From a bacterium (GTDB taxonomy: Bacteria > Bacillota > Clostridia > Lachnospirales > Lachnospiraceae): a DNA stretch of 64,000 nucleotides. Below are positions 9,437-16,617 of the stretch, piece by piece. The stretch spans positions 8,103 through 72,102 of the forward strand of contig CAVKRN010000005.1 of the NCBI GenBank assembly GCA_963658695.1, written 5' to 3'. Position 1 is the first letter of the stretch, and each line of letters starts with the position of its first letter. The notes under the pieces are model-generated. The model did not search any database. It saw nothing but the letters and a program-made list of their open reading frames with translations, and was not told the origin of the DNA. A program made the translations under genes and the position numbers.

Positions 9437-9997
9437 CTCAATGAATGAAGCGATTAATCTGCATTCCACAGCCTCTCTTTCTTCTGCTATATTCAGTTGT
9501 CCTTTCCATCCTCTGTTACTTCAAATCAGGTTCCCATCGGACTATACCTGCTAAGCGGTGGTCAGAAGCCTCTCCTCACCGGATTCCCGGCGTTTCCTGC
9601 CGGATACCTCTCCCGGATCATCGGACACCTTCGGCTTTTCTTCTCACTCTTACATGACTGCTTCCTAACATTTCTATGACCTGTTCATCGGACCATCCTC
9701 CGAACCTATCATCCACCTGTTCCGGAGCTTCCATTACTTAGTACATTGGAGTTTCCTCTTTGAATGAACTTCTATTTGACCTCGAAACCAATTTGGGAGC
9801 GGTTCCTGCTCAAACTCTGAATGATTCTGGAAATTTTGTCTGCGATTATCGTTCTGTGTACCGTACCTATGCCGTTGGACCGTCCTCCTTTCGCTTATTT
9901 TTGTTTACCGATCCCTCTAGGAATTCGGATTCAGGGAAAACATCTGTTGCCTTCGATCCTTTATTTTCTTTCTTTTCTTTCTTGTTTCCCTTTGTTG
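9398..9997 (-). ncRNA. Candidate large (~600 nt) non-coding RNA
   Basis: Near-consensus promoter upstream, terminator downstream, no minus-strand ORF >=60 aa in the track, repeated AGGA-loop hairpins. Confidence 0.6.
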
Positions 9998-10002
9998 ATT
10001 GT

Positions 10003-10031
10003 ATAGTACTACACCTCGTTCATTGTGTCAA
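10003..10031 (-). promoter_or_regulatory. Sigma-A promoter TTGACA-N17-TACTAT
   Basis: -35 at 10031-10026, -10 at 10008-10003, 17-bp spacer. Confidence 0.8.
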
Positions 10032-10189
10032 TCATTTTTGAGCGCTTTTTATAATTGTCTGCGTATTCGCAATTTGCCGCAGAATTCTTACAATTATTCA
10101 CATTCACTCAGTGTCTGTCATATTTTAACGCGAGCCTACTGCTTGCAGACAAATTCACGATTGAAATTGGCAAGTGGGCGAGGTGCGAA

Positions 10190-10218
10190 GCGACAGTGTA
10201 ACAGAGACATTGTATAAT
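10190..10218 (+). promoter_or_regulatory. Probable promoter GCGACA-N17-TATAAT for the amino-acid symporter
   Basis: Consensus -10 at 10213-10218, 4/6 -35 at correct spacing. Confidence 0.5.
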
Positions 10219-10305
10219 ACAAGGATCGCTGCTGTTCGCACGTCAGACAAACGACAGAGCAACGTTTATACAGTAATGACGTATCTGATGCATCGGAGGG
10301 GACAT

Positions 10306-11703
10306 ATGCAAATTGTACAGCTGATTGAAACCGTCTATCGCTTTTTATGGGGAGATCTGTTTGAAATCCCGCTGCCCGGAGGCGGCTCCGTCGGCATTTC
10401 ACTGCTGATTCTGTTTCTGGTCCCCGCCGCCGTTTATTTTACCATCCGCACTCGGTTCCTTCCGATCCGGCTTTTCCCGGATATGATCCGCGCCTTGATG
10501 CAGCAGGAGGAAAATGACCATGGCCTGTCGGCGTTTCAGACGCTGATCGTGTCCACCGCAACACGCGTCGGAATGGGAAATCTCGTCGGCGTCGTAGCGG
10601 CCATATCCGCCGGCGGCGCAGGTGCCGTGTTCTGGATGTGGATCACGGCTGTTCTAGGTTCCTCCACTGCATTCATTGAGGCAGTCCTTGCACAGCTTTA
10701 CAAAGAAAAGGACCCGCTCTATGGCGGGTATCGCGGAGGTCCGGCCTATTACATCCACCGTTTCTGGGAGCAAAAGGAAGGCAAGAAAAAGCGGTATGTC
10801 ATTCCGGCCGTTCTTTTTGCACTATCCGGTCTGATCTGCTGGTGCGGCATCAGCCAGGTCATCAGCAATTCCGTTTCCGAGTCCTTTGCAAATGCGTTTT
10901 CCATACCGCCGCTGTATACAACAATTGTTCTGGTTCTTCTTGCCGCCGTCATTGTTCTGCGCAAGGATGCCACGGTGAAGGTTCTGGACATCATGGTGCC
11001 CTTTATGGCCATCATGTACTTTGCCATCACGTTATTTATCATCTTTAAAAATATCTCCGCCCTTCCATCGGTTCTGCAGAGAATCTTCGAGGAAGCCCTT
11101 GGACTGCGTCCGTTTGCAGGCGGCACGTTTGGTGCTGTGCTTATGAACGGCATCAAGCGCGGTTTGTTTTCCAACGAGGCAGGCTCCGGCTCGGCCCCCT
11201 GTGCTGCCGCCGCAGCCGATGGCAAATCCCCGGCTGCCATGGGTCTTGTACAGTCGCTGGGTGTTTTTATTGATACCATTGTCATCTGCAGCTGCACCGC
11301 CTTTATCATGCTTCTTGCACCGCAGGAAATCACCGAAGGCCTGTCGGGAATGGCCCTTCTGCAGTCAGCCATGGCCTACCACCTGGGATCCTTCGGTGTC
11401 ATCTTCATCGCCATTACTCTGGGTTTATTCAGCTTTTCTACGTTCCTGGGCATTTTGTTCTATGCCCGTTCCAACGTAGCCTACCTGTTCGGTGACCGCT
11501 TTGTGTGGCAGACGCTCTACAAGCTGCTTGCACTGGTTATGCTGTTCATCGGCGGCATTGCTTCCTACACCTTCGTGTGGGATCTGGGCGATGTCGGCAT
11601 CGGACTGATGACGCTGTTCAACATATCGATTCTGTATCCCATGTCGAAGGAAGCACTCTCTGTGCTGGCCGACTACGAAGCAAGCAAAAAGCACGGACGT
11701 TGA
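10306..11703 (+). CDS. Alanine/glycine:cation symporter (AGCS family)
   Basis: RVGMGNLVGV, GGAGAVFWMW, RGLFSNEAGSGSAP, FIDTIVICSCT; start after GGAGGGG. Confidence 0.93.
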   Translation: MQIVQLIETVYRFLWGDLFEIPLPGGGSVGISLLILFLVPAAVYFTIRTRFLPIRLFPDMIRALMQQEENDHGLSAFQTLIVSTATRVGMGNLVGVVAAISAGGAGAVFWMWITAVLGSSTAFIEAVLAQLYKEKDPLYGGYRGGPAYYIHRFWEQKEGKKKRYVIPAVLFALSGLICWCGISQVISNSVSESFANAFSIPPLYTTIVLVLLAAVIVLRKDATVKVLDIMVPFMAIMYFAITLFIIFKNISALPSVLQRIFEEALGLRPFAGGTFGAVLMNGIKRGLFSNEAGSGSAPCAAAAADGKSPAAMGLVQSLGVFIDTIVICSCTAFIMLLAPQEITEGLSGMALLQSAMAYHLGSFGVIFIAITLGLFSFSTFLGILFYARSNVAYLFGDRFVWQTLYKLLALVMLFIGGIASYTFVWDLGDVGIGLMTLFNISILYPMSKEALSVLADYEASKKHGR

Positions 11704-11821
11704 ATCGTTACATCTGCTTTTTCAAGCAAAGGTAACTCTTCAGAACAAAGTCGTTGCTCCGCAACTTTTTGTTTGCTCATGGGGTGTTTTCGTTAAACAA
11801 ATTCACAAAGGAGATTACACT

Positions 11822-12982
11822 ATGACAAAAGAAACCACTTCTATTGTATTTACCGGTGATATCGGATTTGATCGCTACATGGATAAAAGATGGGAGGATG
11901 CGCAGCTTCTGGCAGGACCGGTTCTGAATTTTTTCCACAGTGCCGATCACGTAGTCGCCAATGTGGAGGGTGCGCTGATTCGTGCAGAGGATGATGGATC
12001 ACGGGGCGTGTTTTTCCACAGCATGGATCCTGCAGCCGCCTGCGTGCTGCAGACCATTCACGCCGATATCTGGAGCATCGGGAACAACCATACCATGGAT
12101 GCCGGAACTGAAGGCGTAAAGAGTACAAAGGCCCTTGCTGCTGCCATGGGAAGCCGCACCATGGGCGCCGGTATGAACGACACCGAGGCCTCCGAGCCGA
12201 TTTATCTCGAGGAGGCCGGCGGCATCGGTATGTTCTGCGTGGCGTATCAGACGGAGTGCATACCCGCCACTAAAACCGAGCCCGGCATTTTCCGCTGGGA
12301 TGATATGGATGCAATTGCTGTCCGGATCCGGGAGATCAAGAAAGCCTGCCGCTGGTGTGTTGTGGTCTCCCACGGCGGCGAAGAGTTTGCCCCCATGCCA
12401 AGTCCCTATACGAGGGATCGCTATCTGAAATATCTGGAGCTTGGCGCCGATGTCGTCGTGGCACACCACCCGCACGTGCCGGAGAATTACGAGCTCTTCG
12501 ACGACGGGAAGGCCGTCTTCTATTCCCTCGGGAACTTCATCTTTGACACCGACTACCAGCGCGCGCACGCATACACCGACACCGGTATTCTTCTGAAGCT
12601 GATTTTCACCGAAACGAAGTTGGATTTTGAGGCAATGGGCATTCAGATCGTGCGGGGCAGCGAATGCATTGCAGCTGCGCCGCTCCCCGCCATATTTGCC
12701 GATATCCCGCAAAGTGAATACGAGCTTCTTTCCCCGCTTGCCACCGCCGCTCTTGTCCAAGAAGAAAAGCGCAAAATGTGCTATCTGGAGCCAGAGCGCT
12801 TTCTCAACGCATCGAAAGAGGTCTGGAACGGCTACTTTTTCAGCACAGAGCCGGATGGTTATTTTGAAGGAGCCCATATGGACTTCCATGTCCTGGTTCC
12901 GCTCGCGGAACGCGCGCAACAGGAAGGCTGGAAAAGAAGCTCGAAAAAGGACGTTATTTCCTATATTCAAAGGCTTTTGTAA
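11822..12982 (+). CDS. CapA/PGA_cap-family metallophosphoesterase-like protein, no signal peptide
   Basis: FTGDI, ANVEG, GNNHTMD, SHGGEE, HHPHV, YSLGNFIFD. Confidence 0.85.
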   Translation: MTKETTSIVFTGDIGFDRYMDKRWEDAQLLAGPVLNFFHSADHVVANVEGALIRAEDDGSRGVFFHSMDPAAACVLQTIHADIWSIGNNHTMDAGTEGVKSTKALAAAMGSRTMGAGMNDTEASEPIYLEEAGGIGMFCVAYQTECIPATKTEPGIFRWDDMDAIAVRIREIKKACRWCVVVSHGGEEFAPMPSPYTRDRYLKYLELGADVVVAHHPHVPENYELFDDGKAVFYSLGNFIFDTDYQRAHAYTDTGILLKLIFTETKLDFEAMGIQIVRGSECIAAAPLPAIFADIPQSEYELLSPLATAALVQEEKRKMCYLEPERFLNASKEVWNGYFFSTEPDGYFEGAHMDFHVLVPLAERAQQEGWKRSSKKDVISYIQRLL

Positions 12983-13003
12983 CCGGCAGATGCTGAACAG
13001 ATA

Positions 13004-14209
13004 TTACAAATTCCGGATTGATGTTACCACCCAGTATCCGTCTGCCGTCTTGGAGATGACAACCTCCGGCGCTTCTCCTAAGAGGCTGATGCTAAAGGAA
13101 TCTCCCGTCACTTCGGCATCGTACAGGCTGCAGTATTGCACGTTGCGTGCAAGATCATCGGAAACAACGTCCGCAAACCGCAGACCGGTAAACTCCTCTG
13201 CCGAAGCAATTTGCCTGCCGTCCAGTGTTAGCGGAAAGCTGCAGACACCGGCAAGCATATCCAGGCTCTCCATGTGGAGCGCCAGCTGTACCTGCGATGC
13301 CGTATACATGGCCTCGTAGTCCTTTTCCGGGGTCTGTGCGTCAGTATTTTCCAATGATTCAAAGGTGATGTTCGATGCATCCCCATCGGCCCCTAAAAGT
13401 CCCTTATACTTCATGCTGTAACAGTGTCCAACCTGTATACCGCCCGCAAGATTTCCGGTGCTGATGTCCTCTCCGCTGATGGTGACAAACTCACCGGCGT
13501 ACGTCACCATTGTAAAGGAATGCATGGAGGCATCTGCAATCACACCGTATGTCTCCCGTTCCACAGAGGCCATCGACTCCGCATACGTCATGTCCACCCG
13601 CTGAGCCCCCTCCGGAAGGACAATGGAATTCTCCAGCTTATCTACGCTGTTGTAAAGCGTTTCGTATGCCGACTGTGTTCCCTCGCCGCACTGCACATCC
13701 GTAGGAAAGGAAACTGCAACATAACCATCCACGTCGCTGCTTCCATCGGCCTTCACACCGCAAATAAAATCTCCGCCGACGAATTCAATAAATTCCGGCG
13801 GCGCTGTCTGGTACACAACCCCGCACACAAATCCGCCTTCGCCATTGTCCTTGGCTGCTGTGCAATAAAAGTTCAGCGTATAAGATTCCGCATTGTCATC
13901 GGACGACTGATACACATCCCAGCTGTAATCGCCATTCCAGTCCGAAGGAATCGTCACTGCGAAATACGGTGTCGTCAGTACATTGCCGCTCACCGTCACC
14001 GAATCAGATGTTCCTTCCTTGCTCTCATCGGCAATGACATCCTGCGTATTCTCTGTTCCGGCAATTTCCGCAGAATCTGTCGTAGCTGCTTCAGCTGTGA
14101 CCTCCGTAGACGCAGCAGGCGATGCCTGTGTGCCATCCGTGTCTGCACACGCCGCCATCGACACTCCCATTCCCACTGCCAGCAGCACTACTGCCACTTT
14201 ATTCTTCAT
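13004..14209 (-). CDS. Acidic lipoprotein of unknown function
   Basis: MKNK + hydrophobic stretch + lipobox-like MAAC; AAAGGAGG RBS; Thr/Ala-rich linker. Confidence 0.75.
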   Translation of the reverse strand: MKNKVAVVLLAVGMGVSMAACADTDGTQASPAASTEVTAEAATTDSAEIAGTENTQDVIADESKEGTSDSVTVSGNVLTTPYFAVTIPSDWNGDYSWDVYQSSDDNAESYTLNFYCTAAKDNGEGGFVCGVVYQTAPPEFIEFVGGDFICGVKADGSSDVDGYVAVSFPTDVQCGEGTQSAYETLYNSVDKLENSIVLPEGAQRVDMTYAESMASVERETYGVIADASMHSFTMVTYAGEFVTISGEDISTGNLAGGIQVGHCYSMKYKGLLGADGDASNITFESLENTDAQTPEKDYEAMYTASQVQLALHMESLDMLAGVCSFPLTLDGRQIASAEEFTGLRFADVVSDDLARNVQYCSLYDAEVTGDSFSISLLGEAPEVVISKTADGYWVVTSIRNL

Positions 14210-14361
14210 CTTGGTTGTTCCTCCTTTATCACTCTTCTGCAAGACCATCATAACAGGCTCGCAGCTACTCAGAATCGCATTCGCAAAACTTGCTATGCAG
14301 GCGTTACTGTACAGACGCCTGCCTGCGACGGGTGAACCGTTATATGCAGGCTTCTTTTGGC

Positions 14362-15363
14362 TCATGTGGCGCTCTCGCCGTATTGTGCCTCAATCTCCCG
14401 CACCCTGCGAAGAAGATACTCATTAACCGGCATTTCCAGTCCCAGTTCTCTTCCCTGTCGAATCACCGTCCCCGCAAACATGTCGACCTCCGAACGTCTT
14501 TTTTGCCGACGGTCCTGCCCCATAGACGGAACCGCATTGGGATCCAGCGTTTTTTCCAATGCAATATACTCCGCAAGCTCCTTCTCACCCACCATGATGC
14601 CTTTGGCCTGTGCCAGTGCACACACCTCACGCATCGCTCCAGTCATCAGTGCAAATTCAAGGCTCCCCAGCTCCAGGCACGGTCCATAGCCCTTATCCGC
14701 CACCATGCAGACCTGGTTGCAACCCACATTCAGCATGAACTTGCTCCAGATTCTATGAAGAATGTTCTCTTCTCTAACGTAAGAAACTCCGCTTTGGTCA
14801 AAAAAGCGGCAGACCGCATCCAGTTTTGCCAGAAGTATTCCACGCAGCTCCTCTGCCTGTTCCAGGGTAAGAGGATTTTGAGCATCCAGAGTCATCAGCT
14901 GCTCCCCAGACGGTACACCGATATACAGATGCCCGTGCTGCGTATAGGTCAGGTTGGTACCATACCTTTGTGCATCCATCCCCTGCGAGACATTAAACAG
15001 AACCTTTTCTCGTCCAAACCGCTTTCCTAAAAGCTCTTCGCTGTCCACGCCGTTCATCATTGAGAGAATGGTGGTCTCTTCTCCCACTGATGAGGCCATT
15101 GTCTCCATCGCCGAAGCAAACTGAGGATATTTTACACCGACGAGGATCAAATCAGCCGGTCCCTCCTCACGGGCCTGCTCGGGTGTTAGCATCGTAAACT
15201 GTACTTCTTCTCCATTGATTGTGTAAATATCCTTCCGATGCCGTTCCAGTCGTTCCGCATCCATTACGAATTCAATTTTTCCGCCTTCCGGCAGGTTCTG
15301 ACGCATTTGATCCGCAAACAAAAGTCCCAGTGCTCCTGCACCGATAAAACGAATCCTCTTCAC
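14362..15363 (-). CDS. Ketopantoate reductase family protein (ApbA/PanE)
   Basis: IGAGALG, MNGV, IWSKFMLN, PSMGQD...RRSEVD; GTG start inferred. Confidence 0.88.
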   Translation of the reverse strand: MKRIRFIGAGALGLLFADQMRQNLPEGGKIEFVMDAERLERHRKDIYTINGEEVQFTMLTPEQAREEGPADLILVGVKYPQFASAMETMASSVGEETTILSMMNGVDSEELLGKRFGREKVLFNVSQGMDAQRYGTNLTYTQHGHLYIGVPSGEQLMTLDAQNPLTLEQAEELRGILLAKLDAVCRFFDQSGVSYVREENILHRIWSKFMLNVGCNQVCMVADKGYGPCLELGSLEFALMTGAMREVCALAQAKGIMVGEKELAEYIALEKTLDPNAVPSMGQDRRQKRRSEVDMFAGTVIRQGRELGLEMPVNEYLLRRVREIEAQYGESAT

Positions 15364-15482
15364 TCCCTTGCCTCCTCTTTTCAGAATCGTAACCATCCAG
15401 TACCCCGTTTGCAAAACTGCTTGGCCCCGAATAGTTTCTCAGAATCGCGAAGCATTGCGGTAACCATTCTACCACAACCGAC

Positions 15483-15528
15483 AAAAATCGCCCGGAGAAT
15501 ACTCATTTAAGAAGTACTCCCCGGACGA
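15483..15528 (-). terminator. Terminator downstream of Nif11-like ORF
   Basis: TCGTCCGGGGAGTACT/AGTATTCTCCGGGCGA + TTTTT on minus strand. Confidence 0.7.
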
Positions 15529-15577
15529 TCACCACTGCCGTCAGGATTTCTGTCAGCCTCTAATACTACATTGGTAC

Positions 15578-15964
15578 TTATAAAATAGGTTCATTGGCCA
15601 GCCGTTTTCTTCTCCGAACCACAGAAACATCAAACCCTAAAATCGACTTGCACTGCTCCATAAGACGCAGCCCCGATTCTATGCCCGCATCTGCCGCCAG
15701 CTCTGCGTTCTGTACTGCATGCGTCTGAACCTTTACCTTGCGTGTCACATTTATTCCACCGACAACATCATCCAATTCTGCATCGGACACTTCCTGAACA
15801 AGATCATCCAAATCCGTCTCCGTCAGATCAATGCCCTGCTCCTTCCAGAAATCCAAAATAACAGCTGTCGTAGGCTCTCCGTTCTTCTCAATTTCAGCGA
15901 TTTTCTGCTGAACATCCGGCTGTGCTGCAATCTGCTGCATCTTTACCATCTTTTCTTTTTCCAT
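15578..15964 (-). CDS. Nif11-like leader / double-glycine precursor protein
   Basis: KEQGIDLTETDL...EVSDAELDDVVGG matches the Nif11 leader pattern ELSDxELxxVxGG; AGGAG RBS. Confidence 0.7.
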   Translation of the reverse strand: MEKEKMVKMQQIAAQPDVQQKIAEIEKNGEPTTAVILDFWKEQGIDLTETDLDDLVQEVSDAELDDVVGGINVTRKVKVQTHAVQNAELAADAGIESGLRLMEQCKSILGFDVSVVRRRKRLANEPIL

Positions 15965-16158
15965 CTCTTCTCCTTTTCTGGCCGGTTGCTTTCACAAACG
16001 TGCACCGACTAACAAACGATAAAATGAATGAGACGATTACATGTGTAGTGTATCACAGTTGAGAGGCGCAGGGAATCCATGCAAGGTAGTTTTTCAGTCA
16101 AATGTTACTGTACAGTAACTTATAGCTTATACATTTTCAACTTTTTTTAAAAAAGATG

Positions 16159-16187
16159 TTGACAGTGTCGGCTTAATTTTGTATATT
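16159..16187 (+). promoter_or_regulatory. Sigma-A promoter TTGACA-N17-TATATT for tRNA
   Basis: Consensus -35, AT-rich upstream tract. Confidence 0.8.
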
Positions 16188-16218
16188 AAATGAGCTGCAG
16201 CGATGCAGCGAATGATAT

Positions 16219-16292
16219 GGCGAGGTAGCTCAGCTGGCTAGAGCACGCGGTTCATACCCGCGGTGTCGAGGGTTCAAGTCCCCCCCTCGCTA
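16219..16292 (+). tRNA. tRNA-Met (CAT), elongator type; CCA not encoded
   Basis: Cloverleaf GGCGAGG acceptor, D arm GCTC/GAGC, anticodon arm CGCGG-TTCATAC-CCGCG, GGTTCAA T loop; no initiator C1 mismatch or 3 G-C anticodon stem. Confidence 0.95.
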
Positions 16293-16303
16293 CGGTAAAG
16301 ATT

Positions 16304-16342
16304 CCCTAGAAACGTTGAAAAATCAACGTTTCTAGGGTTTTT
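16304..16342 (+). terminator. Perfect hairpin terminator after tRNA
   Basis: CCCTAGAAACGTTGA/TCAACGTTTCTAGGG + TTTTT. Confidence 0.8.
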
Positions 16343-16468
16343 CTTTGTTCATTTTTTTATTCTGTATTGCGATATACCGTTAAACCGCCCGCTTACGTCA
16401 GTCCGCAACAATGCATCTCATTCACAAAATCGCTACTACGTAGCTTTTCAGGATTCCCATCCCCGCAG

Positions 16469-16503
16469 AAAAAGCTCCCCGCATTTTTTTTGCGGGGAGC
16501 TTT
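16469..16503 (-). terminator. Terminator downstream of ppdK
   Basis: AAAGCTCCCCGCA/TGCGGGGAGCTTT. Confidence 0.75.
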
Positions 16504-16617
16504 CAACATGGTGCAACGTCTTCTTTTACGATTCATCAGAAATAAACTTTGTGCTCTATTCCTTTATTTTCTTTGAGATGTTCCATGTCAACATCCCCCT
16601 TCAACGCTGCAAACAAT

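Noticed and set aside
9398..9997. CRISPR or TIGR-like array, or OLE RNA
   Set aside because: Repeats are only 7-8 nt and irregularly spaced, with no cas or Nop-domain gene nearby. Context and motifs do not fit my recollection of OLE. An Rfam search is still needed, including ROOL.
9445..10041. Small plus-strand ORFs (60-93 aa) in the intergenic region
   Set aside because: Phe/Leu/Ser-rich translations of a pyrimidine-rich strand with no RBS; promoter and terminator polarity point to the minus strand.
10140..10305. Glycine riboswitch upstream of the AGCS symporter
   Set aside because: No GGAGA/GAAG/CUYUCAGG aptamer cores seen; the likely promoter at 10190-10218 leaves only ~80 nt of leader.
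16219..16342. Genomic island integrated at tRNA-Met
   Set aside because: No integrase and no duplicated tRNA 3' end noticed in the window.
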